Program-made: the position numbers and the translations under genes | In this document: positions 27,334-36,583 of the stretch, one piece after another | How the letters are laid out: every line of letters begins with the position of its first letter | How positions within the stretch are numbered: the stretch's first letter is position 1 | Notes under the pieces: model-generated | The model's database searches: none | What the model was told of the DNA's origin: nothing | The model's input: only the letters and a program-made list of their open reading frames with translations | Origin: Ferruginibacter sp. | Lineage (GTDB): Bacteria > Bacteroidota > Bacteroidia > Chitinophagales > Chitinophagaceae | DNA: 64,000 nt | Assembly: GCA_040400515.1 (NCBI GenBank) | Contig: JBBAQB010000001.1 | Location: 139,131-203,130 of the forward strand | Direction of reading: 5' to 3'

Positions 27334-28167
27334 ATGCAGTATACACTATCAGATATTAAAGAATGTGCTCAGTTTCTTTCTGAAAAAGGATTTGAAAAAC
27401 CAGTTGTGGGAATTGTTTTAGGAACCGGGCTCGGTGCATTGGTAAAGCAGGTTGAAATTTTGGCCTCCATTTCTTATGCCGAGATACCGGGCTTTCCTGA
27501 ATCAACAGTAGAGTTTCATAAAGGTCAACTCATTTATGGTTTGATGGGTACGGTGCCTGTTATTGTGATGCAGGGCCGATTTCATTATTACGAAGGTTAT
27601 ACCATGCAGCAAATTACATTTCCGGTGAGGGTAATGAAAGCGTTGGGTGTTAAGTACCTACTGCTGAGCAATGCTGCAGGCGGTATGAATCCACTTTATA
27701 AAAAAGGTGATATGGTATTAATTGATGACCATCTTAATATGTTGCCGGAAAACCCATTGCGTGGTTTGAATGATCCCGCATTTGGCAATCGTTTTGTAGA
27801 TATGTGCAGCCCATACGATTCGTTTTTAAATCAGCATTTTCTTAAATCGGCAGAAGAGATAAATATTCATTTAAAAACCGGTACTTATGTTGCAGTAATG
27901 GGGCCTAACCTGGAAACGAGGGCTGAATACAGGTACCTTCGGTCTGCAGGTGCAGATATGGTTGGTATGAGCACTGTGCCCGAAGTAATTGTGGCCAATC
28001 ACATTTCCTTAGCCTGTGCCGCCGTAAGTGTTATTACAGATGAATGTGATCCGGACCATTTAAAACCGGTTGATATAAAGGAGATTATTGCAGTAGCAGA
28101 AAAAGCAGATGAGCAACTGAGCCTTCTGTTTAAAAAAGTTATCCAAAAACTGGGGCAAAATTTATAA
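27334..28167 (+). CDS. Purine nucleoside phosphorylase (trimeric PNP-I type)
   Basis: Motifs are IVLGTGLG, MQGRFHYYEGY, LSNAAGG and GMSTVPEV. The start is moved to ATG 27334 (MQYTLSDIKE..), giving the usual ~277 aa. The track's 27250 start adds 28 non-conserved residues. Confidence 0.9.
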   Translation: MQYTLSDIKECAQFLSEKGFEKPVVGIVLGTGLGALVKQVEILASISYAEIPGFPESTVEFHKGQLIYGLMGTVPVIVMQGRFHYYEGYTMQQITFPVRVMKALGVKYLLLSNAAGGMNPLYKKGDMVLIDDHLNMLPENPLRGLNDPAFGNRFVDMCSPYDSFLNQHFLKSAEEINIHLKTGTYVAVMGPNLETRAEYRYLRSAGADMVGMSTVPEVIVANHISLACAAVSVITDECDPDHLKPVDIKEIIAVAEKADEQLSLLFKKVIQKLGQNL

Positions 28168-28239
28168 CATAGTATAACGAGAAAAACCTGAATTTAATAT
28201 TTAAAAAATGGTATAAGCTTGTCACTTATTGGTAGTAGA

Positions 28240-29835
28240 CTATTCAAATAACTCCAGTTTATTTTTAGGTCTCCTTTTATCCTGCCACTCAAAGTTTTTT
28301 AAATATTTTTTATCAGCGGGAATTTGTTTTATTGGGAACATGGTACCATCTACATTATTTATAAATTTTATTTTTTGCACCTCCTGTTTGGCAAAATATA
28401 CATCTACTACATCGCCACTGCTTCGGTTCATACCTATGTAGGCGCTGTCTTCATCCTGTGGGTAAAAAATAGTTTCTGCCGGTGAGCCCTTTATTCTGCT
28501 GTAGTCTATTTGTCCCTCTTTTAAATAAACGTTAAGCGTGCGCCCTCCTGCCTGGTTGTACATAGCAGGATTTTGCTGGTTTATTATTATGCTGTTGTTA
28601 AATACATAGAGCCTTTTTGGTTGCTGCTTTTCTGTAAACAAATACATTGTATCGCCTTTTACTTGGTTTTTTTCTTTCCAAAAAACCGGGTTTCTAAACA
28701 TCCTAAAAACGGAATCTTCTGTAGAGTAATACATGCTGTCACTTACCGCTTGGGCAGAGTCGTTGTATATTCTTACATGGTTGTAACCAAGCACATACCT
28801 GATACTGTCTTGTGGGGTATTTGTAAAAATCTGCTGGTTGTTTACGGTATCTACCTTTGTATAATTTTTCTTTGTGGCACTATCGTATTTTCTAAGGCCC
28901 GAAAAGAGGGTATCTGCGGCTATATAAGTACTGTCTTTGTCTTTTACAATAATTACAACAGGTTTTTGCGTTGCAAGAAAGGAAGCCGTTTTTTGATTCG
29001 TTTCTATCAGGTTTCCAATAGCTATTATGTGGTTTACACTGTCCACATATTTTGCACGTCCTCTCAATACACCAATTCCGGTTTTTTCGTCATAAAAACT
29101 TGTGTCTGCTACTGTAGAGGATGTACTGTCGCTAAAAAATGTTCTATCGTAAAAATTAGATTCACCGGTTTGCAAATTATAGGTTCCATTTTGAGATAAA
29201 ATGGTTTTCCCCTCTTTTGTTTTTATAATGGTGGGAGATATGAGCGTTGCAATTTTAAAGGCTGTATTGTATTTTAAGCTGTCTGCTTTTATATCATATT
29301 TAGGATCTACTAGGTGAACAGTTTTCTTAAAAAAAACATCCTTTGTGTCGGAATAGTAAACAGCATCTGTACTTGTAAGGGTAGTAGTTCCGTTTACAAC
29401 TTTTCCACTGCCTTTGTAGGTTGCAATGCTGTTAGCAAGGTCGTAAGTAAGGTCATCGGTAAGCAGGGTGCCTTTACCATCGGTAAGTTTTACATTGCGT
29501 TTTAAATAGGCAATTCTTTCTTTGCCTAAGTAGCGTACGTAGTTGGCATAAGTGTTTACGGTATCTGCATCATTTATATGCACATTGCCAAAAACTTCGG
29601 CTATTTGGGTGCGGGAATTTATTACAATACTGTCACCTGATAAAATGGTATTACCCTGCTTTACTTTAGCAGCGCCTGCAAGCGTTCTAAGTGTTGTACT
29701 ATCGTTTAAAGTGATAAAGCGAGTACTGTTGCCACTTAGTATTTCTATTTTGCTGGAGTCTGCAGCAGGCGATTGAGCTAGCACAGGTTGCGCTGCACAG
29801 AAAAGTAAAAAATAGCAGCACAAAAATTTTCTCAT
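28240..29835 (-). CDS. OstA/LptA-like repeat periplasmic protein
   Basis: 531-aa ORF with a signal peptide (..PVLAQS) followed by repeated OstA-like beta-jellyroll strings (AKVKQGNTILSGDSIVIN..EVFGNVHIND). Confidence 0.6.
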   Translation of the reverse strand: MRKFLCCYFLLFCAAQPVLAQSPAADSSKIEILSGNSTRFITLNDSTTLRTLAGAAKVKQGNTILSGDSIVINSRTQIAEVFGNVHINDADTVNTYANYVRYLGKERIAYLKRNVKLTDGKGTLLTDDLTYDLANSIATYKGSGKVVNGTTTLTSTDAVYYSDTKDVFFKKTVHLVDPKYDIKADSLKYNTAFKIATLISPTIIKTKEGKTILSQNGTYNLQTGESNFYDRTFFSDSTSSTVADTSFYDEKTGIGVLRGRAKYVDSVNHIIAIGNLIETNQKTASFLATQKPVVIIVKDKDSTYIAADTLFSGLRKYDSATKKNYTKVDTVNNQQIFTNTPQDSIRYVLGYNHVRIYNDSAQAVSDSMYYSTEDSVFRMFRNPVFWKEKNQVKGDTMYLFTEKQQPKRLYVFNNSIIINQQNPAMYNQAGGRTLNVYLKEGQIDYSRIKGSPAETIFYPQDEDSAYIGMNRSSGDVVDVYFAKQEVQKIKFINNVDGTMFPIKQIPADKKYLKNFEWQDKRRPKNKLELFE

Positions 29836-29892
29836 TCATTTGTTTTAAAACTGCAAATTGAACAAATAATTATTAATGCCATCACAAAGTTT

Positions 29893-30915
29893 TTATTTTG
29901 CCTTTTCTACGTAATAAGGACTGTTCAATGTATCGGGCATTGGAACCAGTAATGGATTATTATTTTGTTTTTTGCCAAAAACTGAAATACTGATATATCG
30001 TTTTGGATTCACCCGTATATCGTCTAACAAAAGATTTAATTTATTACCGCTCGATGCTAAATTTTGATACATGGTAGGGTCGTTGAGCAACTTACCAAGT
30101 GTGCCATTGTTGTTGTCAAATTTCCCAATAATATTTTTAAGGTCATTGACAGCCCTGTCAAGGGTATCAAGGGTTTTATTTAAGTTTAAAGTGGCAAATT
30201 TTGAGGTCGTTTTGTCAAGGTTGGTCATTACACTGTTTATCTTTTCATTGTTACTTGCAAAATTTCCTGTAATAGAACTTACATTGTTTAAAGATTTGGC
30301 AAGCGCCCCAGTCTGTGTATTTAGCAGTCCATTGAGCGATGCAGTTGATTGCACCATGGCTGCAGTTACTTTGTTTAAATTAGCAAGAACATCTGCAATA
30401 TTTCCTTTTGCATTGGGGTCCAACACGCTGTTAAAATTGCCAAGTAAAGTATCCATCTGCGAAACAGCTTTTCTTACTTCATACAGCACCGGGTCTACTT
30501 TTTTGAGAACGTCATCAAAAACACCACCACTTGTTTCTGTAAGAATAATATCCTTGTCTTTTAAATTTTCTACTGCATCGCCCAGTTTTATTTCTATACT
30601 CGCTGTACCTATTGGATTTCCCTTTATAATGGCGATTGAATTTTTAGGAATATTAATATCTTTGGTAATATTCATATCTACCAAAATTTCCCTCATGTCT
30701 TTTTCAGAAGTTATTTTGTAAACGGTACCCACTTGAAGTCCGTTTATAATAATAGGATTGGAGTTTTGCAAGCCCTGTACGTTTCCGTATTTGCCTCTAA
30801 GGGTTGTGTCTTTGCTCCACAGTTTTTTGCCTTTTAAAAAATTGAAACCAAGTATTAACATTGCTACTGAAAGTATGGTTATGGCACCCACCTTCGTTTC
30901 GTTTGTAATTTTCAC
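29893..30915 (-). CDS. MlaD/MCE-family protein
   Basis: 340-aa ORF with an N-terminal TM anchor (KVGAITILSVAMLILGFNFLKG), an MCE domain (GLQVGTVYKI) and a long helical C-terminal region. Confidence 0.8.
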   Translation of the reverse strand: MKITNETKVGAITILSVAMLILGFNFLKGKKLWSKDTTLRGKYGNVQGLQNSNPIIINGLQVGTVYKITSEKDMREILVDMNITKDINIPKNSIAIIKGNPIGTASIEIKLGDAVENLKDKDIILTETSGGVFDDVLKKVDPVLYEVRKAVSQMDTLLGNFNSVLDPNAKGNIADVLANLNKVTAAMVQSTASLNGLLNTQTGALAKSLNNVSSITGNFASNNEKINSVMTNLDKTTSKFATLNLNKTLDTLDRAVNDLKNIIGKFDNNNGTLGKLLNDPTMYQNLASSGNKLNLLLDDIRVNPKRYISISVFGKKQNNNPLLVPMPDTLNSPYYVEKAK

Positions 30916-31003
30916 TTATAATTAGTTTTAGTTATTGCTTTGCCAGATTTTTTTTTTAAATATAGCACACCAATTTGTTAGCCAAAAATCTGATTTTTAT
31001 TTT

Positions 31004-31963
31004 TTAGGGTGTGTTTACAAACGCTTTTGTATTTTCCAGTTGTGCTTTGTAGCGTATAACCGCTTTGGTTATAGCTTCTGCAAGCTCTTGCTGGCCTTCC
31101 CTGCTGTTCAAATACCGCTCATCTTCGGGGTTGTTAATGTAACCGGTTTCAATTAAAATAGCGGGCATTTTTGTGGCTGATAATACCCAGATGCCTTTTT
31201 GACGTTGGTTCACCCCTAGGGCTCGTCTTCCCGTAGCGTCTATTTCATCATTTACCAACGTTGCTATTCTATCGCTTTTTTCCTGATAAAGTTTTGCATA
31301 TACTTGTGCCAACTGCCTGCCTTCAGGTGAGTTAAAATTAAAACTATTATAAGCGCTGTCTGCTGCACCCGTCTCAATTTCAATATCTTCCTGCCCTTTC
31401 ATAATTGCTTTTAGCTTGTCACTGGTTTTTGCAGCGGCAAATATGTAAACACTTGTACCGCTTATGGTAAGGGGCATTTTAAAATATTCATATATTGGCT
31501 CTTCTACCTCATAAGGGGTTGATTTTTTCTTTCTTTTCCTTCCTTTTCCTGTGTAAGTGATTTTGTACCTTGTTACAGTTCTTGTTCCTGTTTGTCTTCT
31601 TCCTGTTTTTAGCGGCCCTGAATCAGCATGTATGCAAATAAAAAGATCTCCTTTTGCATCGTTTGCGATGTTTGCCTTTATCCGTGGGTCATCAAAAACA
31701 TCGCTTGTTCTTGTTGGCACCACCTTTACATCTGGCAACTGTTTTTTAAGTTCTGCTACCAGTTTTTTCGAAATTTCGAGCGTCACATTCTTCTCCATAG
31801 ATCGCAACGAATTTTCGTACTGGCCTACAGCGCCTGCATCTGTACCACCATGGCCTGCATCTACAACAATTGTTCTAAGTTTTTTACCTTGTGCAGCGCA
31901 TTCGTTTGTAAAGGAGCCTATATAAAAAAGGCAAACAGAAATAAACAATCCTTTTTTTAGCAT
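31004..31963 (-). CDS. N-acetylmuramoyl-L-alanine amidase (Amidase_3)
   Basis: 319-aa ORF with a signal peptide, IVVDAGHGGTDAGAVG, FICIHAD, and a C-terminal PAILIETGYINNPEDE block. Confidence 0.85.
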   Translation of the reverse strand: MLKKGLFISVCLFYIGSFTNECAAQGKKLRTIVVDAGHGGTDAGAVGQYENSLRSMEKNVTLEISKKLVAELKKQLPDVKVVPTRTSDVFDDPRIKANIANDAKGDLFICIHADSGPLKTGRRQTGTRTVTRYKITYTGKGRKRKKKSTPYEVEEPIYEYFKMPLTISGTSVYIFAAAKTSDKLKAIMKGQEDIEIETGAADSAYNSFNFNSPEGRQLAQVYAKLYQEKSDRIATLVNDEIDATGRRALGVNQRQKGIWVLSATKMPAILIETGYINNPEDERYLNSREGQQELAEAITKAVIRYKAQLENTKAFVNTP

Positions 31964-32031
31964 ATTGGTAGTTATATTAATTCGAATTTGTTATAATTTT
32001 TTTAAAGAAATTTCTATAAAACTTTAATAGT

Positions 32032-32039
32032 TACTTTTG
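32032..32039 (+). promoter_or_regulatory. -7 box (TAnnTTTG) for the LptD-like gene
   Basis: TACTTTTG lies 14 nt upstream of ATG 32053. It sits inside an 18-mer that matches the prfC promoter at 17 of 18 positions. Confidence 0.5.
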
Positions 32040-32052
32040 CGCTTCGTCATTT

Positions 32053-34773
32053 ATGAACAATACTAACAAAGGTAAGGCAAAAAATATTTTAGCTTGGTGC
32101 TGCCTGCCAATGTTGCTATTATTAACGTATCATTTTCAAGGTTTCGCAAAATTGCAATCTGACACCTATCATTATGCGCAGCAGCAGAGAGATACACCGC
32201 CTTCTGTTATTATAACACCAGAAAGTTTACAGACTAAAACACCCACCCTCCGCTCACCATCTATTAGCGAAGAAAAAAAGAAGAATGCCGACACCATTTT
32301 TACAGCAGTATCGGACACTTTTAATTTTAAGGCCTCCAAAGATTCTTTAACGTCCCCTGTTGTTTATCATGCAGATGATTCAATGGTAATAGATGTACCG
32401 GCCCAGAAAATGTATTTGTATGGTAAAAGTTCGTCTGTAAATTATGAAGATAATAATTTATCTGCCCCACAAATTGAGTTCAATCAAAAAACAAATCTTG
32501 TAAGTGCTTTTCTTAAAAAAGACAGTGCAGGAAGGGTGTTATCGTATCCATTCTTTTCGCAGAAAGATTTTCAGTCAGTAAGTGATACCATTCGTTTTGA
32601 TATGAAAAGCGGCAAAGGCCTCACAAAAGGAACCTACACCAAGCAGGGAGAAATGTTTGTGTATGGCGAAAAAATAAAGAAGGCAGATACCTCTGTTTTT
32701 TATGCGCTTAACGGCCGTTTTACTACCTGTAATTTAGATACACCACACTTTGCATTTATAGCAAGAAAGGTAAAATTTGTAAATAAAAAATGGGCTTACA
32801 CCGGGCCCGTACATCCCGAATTTGAAGGTGTTCCTTTACCCATTAATTTACCTTTTGGTATTTTTCCCCTTACACAAGGCAGGCACAGTGGCTTGCTTGC
32901 GCCAAGTTTTGCGGCAGATGCCCAACGGGGACTTGCATTGGAAAATTTGGGTTACTATAAAATTATTAGTCCCAACTGGGATGTAATAACAAGAGGTACA
33001 CTTTATTCCTACGGCAGCTGGAATTTAAGCGCCAATCCACGATATTTTCGGCGCTATCATTACCAGGGAAACATAGCAGTGTCTGTTCAAAATTTTCAGC
33101 CGCTGGATGAGCCCAATACCAAAACCATTAACCTGCAATGGTCACACAATGCCGATACAAAATCCCGACCGGGTGTAAATTTTACGGCGAATGTAAATGC
33201 CGGCAGTACAAAATACAATTCGCAGGTGCCCACCAACGCTAATTTGAATTTTCAAAACCAGCTCAATTCTTCTATCACCTATTCAAAAGTGTGGAAAAAC
33301 AAGCCTTACAATATTTCAGTAAGTGCAAACCATAACCAGAACTCAGTTTCGGGGCTCACAAATCTTAACCTGCCAGATATTGCGTTTAATGTAAATACGC
33401 TTTATCCTTTTAGAAGAAAAGAACCGATTGGCGATTACAAATGGTTTGAAAACCTTGGGATTGCCTATAACGGAAATACAAGGAATTTAACGTCGTTTTA
33501 TGATACTGCAGGCAACCTTGGTGGCCAAATTTTAAAGAATTTACAATTCGGCGCCCAACATAGTGTTCCAATTACGCTAGCACTCCCTCCTTTGGGCGTA
33601 CTGCAACTTTCACCATCGGTATCCTATCAGGAAAAATGGTATCAAAGAAAAATAGAAAAGCAATATAACGCTGCATTAAACAAAATTGACACTGTTTCGC
33701 AAAAAGATGGTCTTTACACAGCAAGGCAAATGTCTTTTGGTATTAGCGCATCTACCAGGGTTTTTGGTATGTTTGGTTTTATCGAAAAGAGTAGAATAAA
33801 AGCCATACGGCATGAAATAAGGCCAAGCTTGTCCGTTAATTATTCTCCAAATTTTAATGCAAAGAATTATTATAATTCAACCTACGATGCACTTGGTAAT
33901 GTTCAACCCGTTTCCTACTTTGAAAACAGCATTTACGGTGCTTATGGTAACCAGCGGTTTGGTGGGCTTTCTTTTAATATTGACAATAACATTACTGCCA
34001 AAATAAGAGACAGAAAAGATACCAGTGCAAAGGCTGATAAAAAAGTGAGCTTGCTGGATGGCCTTGGCTTATCAGGTTCCTATAATTTTCTTGCAGATTC
34101 TTTTCAGTTTTCAACTATTTCACTACAGGCAAGAACAAATTTATTTGACAAAGTAAGTATTAGTGGTCAGGCCACTTTTGATCCCTACCAAACAAATGCA
34201 CAAGGCAGGAGAATAAACAGGCTGGTTTTAAAAGATAAGATTTCGCTTGGTAATCTTGTAAGCGGTGGCGTACAGTTTCAAACAAGTTTTAAAGGTGGAG
34301 ACCAAGCGAAAAAAACGCAGCAACCGACTCTTAATAAAGCCAACAGCAATATTGGTGCCGCCCCGTTAGATGAAAGCCTGCAGGAAGCAGCATACATTCA
34401 AAATAACCCATCGGAATTTGCAGATTTTTCTGTTCCCTGGAATGTTGATCTTTCTTATTCTCTTCTTTTTAGCAGGTTATTCGATTTTCAAAATGCAAAA
34501 TTTAAAACAGATGTATCACAGGGTGTTACATTTAACGCATCGGTAAATTTAACTGCAAAATGGAAGGTGGGTATGAATGGTTCTTTTGATGTAAGTGCCA
34601 AAAAACTTGGCTTGTTAAGTGCCTATTTATCCAGAGATTTACATTGCTGGCAAATGGGTATTAATTTATCGCCTGTAGGCCGGTCACGTTATTTTAGTAT
34701 AAACATAAGCCCAAAATCGACGATACTGCGAGATCTTAAAATAAACCGTACGAGGTCGTTTACTGATTTTTAG
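32053..34773 (+). CDS. LptD-like outer-membrane LPS-assembly protein
   Basis: 906-aa ORF with a signal peptide, an N-terminal OstA-like segment and a long beta-barrel-type sequence ending ..RTRSFTDF. It sits among envelope genes. Confidence 0.65.
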   Translation: MNNTNKGKAKNILAWCCLPMLLLLTYHFQGFAKLQSDTYHYAQQQRDTPPSVIITPESLQTKTPTLRSPSISEEKKKNADTIFTAVSDTFNFKASKDSLTSPVVYHADDSMVIDVPAQKMYLYGKSSSVNYEDNNLSAPQIEFNQKTNLVSAFLKKDSAGRVLSYPFFSQKDFQSVSDTIRFDMKSGKGLTKGTYTKQGEMFVYGEKIKKADTSVFYALNGRFTTCNLDTPHFAFIARKVKFVNKKWAYTGPVHPEFEGVPLPINLPFGIFPLTQGRHSGLLAPSFAADAQRGLALENLGYYKIISPNWDVITRGTLYSYGSWNLSANPRYFRRYHYQGNIAVSVQNFQPLDEPNTKTINLQWSHNADTKSRPGVNFTANVNAGSTKYNSQVPTNANLNFQNQLNSSITYSKVWKNKPYNISVSANHNQNSVSGLTNLNLPDIAFNVNTLYPFRRKEPIGDYKWFENLGIAYNGNTRNLTSFYDTAGNLGGQILKNLQFGAQHSVPITLALPPLGVLQLSPSVSYQEKWYQRKIEKQYNAALNKIDTVSQKDGLYTARQMSFGISASTRVFGMFGFIEKSRIKAIRHEIRPSLSVNYSPNFNAKNYYNSTYDALGNVQPVSYFENSIYGAYGNQRFGGLSFNIDNNITAKIRDRKDTSAKADKKVSLLDGLGLSGSYNFLADSFQFSTISLQARTNLFDKVSISGQATFDPYQTNAQGRRINRLVLKDKISLGNLVSGGVQFQTSFKGGDQAKKTQQPTLNKANSNIGAAPLDESLQEAAYIQNNPSEFADFSVPWNVDLSYSLLFSRLFDFQNAKFKTDVSQGVTFNASVNLTAKWKVGMNGSFDVSAKKLGLLSAYLSRDLHCWQMGINLSPVGRSRYFSINISPKSTILRDLKINRTRSFTDF

Positions 34774-35497
34774 TAAACACATCAAAGATCAAATCAAACA
34801 CTTTTTTATTCAAACTCTTTGTATCAATATTCTCTGAGGATACAGGAGGCAAAAAGATCATTTTTAAACGCTTTGGTAAAAGATAAAACTTTTTATTTAT
34901 CGGCATTGCTTTGTTTGTACCTAAAATTACGCAGGGAATAATTTCTTTTTTTGTTTCAATGGCAAGTTTAAATGCACCGTCGTAAAAGGGTTTAAGAGGG
35001 TTGCCGGATCTGTTTCTTGTACCTTCAGGGTAAATGCACATGTGTATTCCTTTTTTTAAAGTTGTCCGCATGGCTTCGTAACTTTTTACACGACTGTTTT
35101 CTTTGTTTCTATCTACCATTATGCCGCCTCTTTTGTAAAACCAACCAAATATGGGGAATTTACCAAAAGACGCTTTTGCAATTGTTTTATTGCCACCTGG
35201 CACAAATGGTGCAGATAGTGGTGCATCTAAAAAGGAGTTGTGGTTGTATACAATTACATAATTTTTATTTTTCTCAAAATTTTCTCGGCCTACAACTTTT
35301 ACAGGGCAGGCAATCATATACAGCCAGCTTTGCATCCAAACCTTGGATACCAATATAAAATAATTCTGTCCTTTTACTTCATCTTTAAATAAATAAGAAA
35401 GCATAGAAGGAATAAAAATAATAATGAAGGTTGTAATAAAACTGAGCAATGCCCAAAATGCCCAAACTCTCCCAAAAATATTTTTTAAAAAATTCAT
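34760..35497 (-). CDS. plsC: 1-acyl-sn-glycerol-3-phosphate acyltransferase
   Basis: 245-aa ORF with an N-terminal TM helix, the HX4D motif (YNHNSFLD) and YPEGTRNRSG. Its 3' end overlaps the LptD-like gene by 14 nt in convergent orientation. Confidence 0.85.
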   Translation of the reverse strand: MNFLKNIFGRVWAFWALLSFITTFIIIFIPSMLSYLFKDEVKGQNYFILVSKVWMQSWLYMIACPVKVVGRENFEKNKNYVIVYNHNSFLDAPLSAPFVPGGNKTIAKASFGKFPIFGWFYKRGGIMVDRNKENSRVKSYEAMRTTLKKGIHMCIYPEGTRNRSGNPLKPFYDGAFKLAIETKKEIIPCVILGTNKAMPINKKFYLLPKRLKMIFLPPVSSENIDTKSLNKKVFDLIFDVFTKNQ

Positions 35498-35501
35498 AGT
35501 G

Positions 35502-36182
35502 TTAAGGTTTTATTTTCCAGTCAATGGGGTTTTCTTTATTTTGTATTAATATCTCATTGGTTTTAGAAAAATGCTTACACCCCCAAAAACCATTGTGTGC
35601 TGATAAAGGGGAGGGGTGGGCCGCTTTTAAAACATAGTGTCTATCCATATCAATCAATGCCTGTTTATCTTGCGCAAATTTGCCCCATAATATAAAAACA
35701 ACATTTTCTTTTCTGTCACTAATAGTTCTGATTACAGCATCTGTAAATGTGGCCCATCCAATTTTTGCGTGGCTCATAGGCTCACCATCTCTTACAGTAA
35801 GTGCAGCATTTAACAACAATACTCCTTGTTGTGCCCAATGCGTAAGGTCGCCGGCTTGCGCTATTTGATCAATACCAATATCTGTTTTAATTTCTTTAAA
35901 AATATTTTGCAGTGAAGGGGGCAATTTTACACCAGGCAAAACAGAAAAACTTAGCCCATGCGCTTGGCCTGAACCGTGGTAGGGATCCTGGCCAATTATC
36001 ACAACTTTTACTTCATCAAAAGGCGTGAGGTTAAAAGCATTAAAAATAGCAGAACCCGGCGGAAAAATTGTTTTTCCTGCAGCTCTTTCTGTTTTTAAAA
36101 AAGTTACTATTTGTTCAAAATAAGGTTTTGCAAATTCTTCTTTCAAAACCTCCTTCCAGCTGTCGTTTATTTTTACATCCAT
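35502..36182 (-). CDS. ung: Uracil-DNA glycosylase
   Basis: 226-aa ORF with GQDPYHG, GVLLLNA and AAHPSPLSA. Confidence 0.95.
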   Translation of the reverse strand: MDVKINDSWKEVLKEEFAKPYFEQIVTFLKTERAAGKTIFPPGSAIFNAFNLTPFDEVKVVIIGQDPYHGSGQAHGLSFSVLPGVKLPPSLQNIFKEIKTDIGIDQIAQAGDLTHWAQQGVLLLNAALTVRDGEPMSHAKIGWATFTDAVIRTISDRKENVVFILWGKFAQDKQALIDMDRHYVLKAAHPSPLSAHNGFWGCKHFSKTNEILIQNKENPIDWKIKP

Positions 36183-36254
36183 TGTTTTATAAAATGCTAG
36201 AGGGCAAAGTAAAGCAAAAAAAAAGCTGCAAAAAATGCAGCTCTATAAATTTTG

Positions 36255-36328
<74 letters not shown>

Positions 36329-36348
36329 TCAACTTTTATTTCGGGCTG

Positions 36349-36356
36349 CAAATATA
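36349..36356 (-). promoter_or_regulatory. -7 box (TAnnTTTG) for tRNA-Arg
   Basis: TATATTTG on the minus strand, 20 nt upstream of the tRNA 5' end. Confidence 0.5.
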
Positions 36357-36503
36357 GGAGATTATTTTTTGTGACTAAAAAAAATAGAAAAATGAATGCA
36401 GCATTTTGACAAAAAAATCTATCTTATCACTAATTATCGGTATTTAATCAGCATTTAATTTATTTTATTGTTAAAAATTCTTGATTAGTACCAATTTACA
36501 CGT

Positions 36504-36511
36504 TACATTTG
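36504..36511 (+). promoter_or_regulatory. -7 box (TAnnTTTG) for the OmpA-family gene
   Basis: TACATTTG lies 73 nt upstream of ATG 36584. Confidence 0.4.
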
Positions 36512-36583
36512 CCTTATTACCCCCTTACAATTTAGGTAAGGAAAATTTTGATGAGATAACCTATAAATTAAAAATTAGCATTT

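Noticed and set aside
30071-30721. Long antisense ORFs inside well-supported genes: 30071-30721 (216 aa), 28573-29199 (208 aa), 3502-4008 (168 aa), 49611-50087 (158 aa), 61733-62185 (150 aa), 13010-13456 (148 aa)
   Set aside because: Each lies fully opposite a CDS with clear family motifs (MlaD, OstA-like, FtsX permease, PL6, PL6-T9SS, FkbM). Their sequences are low-complexity shadows of the sense codons. There is no independent promoter or motif evidence.
31450-31560. Lys/Arg-rich insert (..GKGRKRKKKST..) in the amidase as a possible frameshift or foreign insertion
   Set aside because: The reading frame is continuous, and conserved Amidase_3 blocks flank the insert on both sides. It is most simply a lineage-specific surface loop.
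34760-34773. Convergent stop-region overlaps: the LptD-like gene with plsC (14 nt), and GT2 with the Rmd-like gene (TTATAA, 6 nt, at 19906-19911)
   Set aside because: They are real in the sequence but are a common consequence of compact genomes. There is no evidence of a regulatory role.
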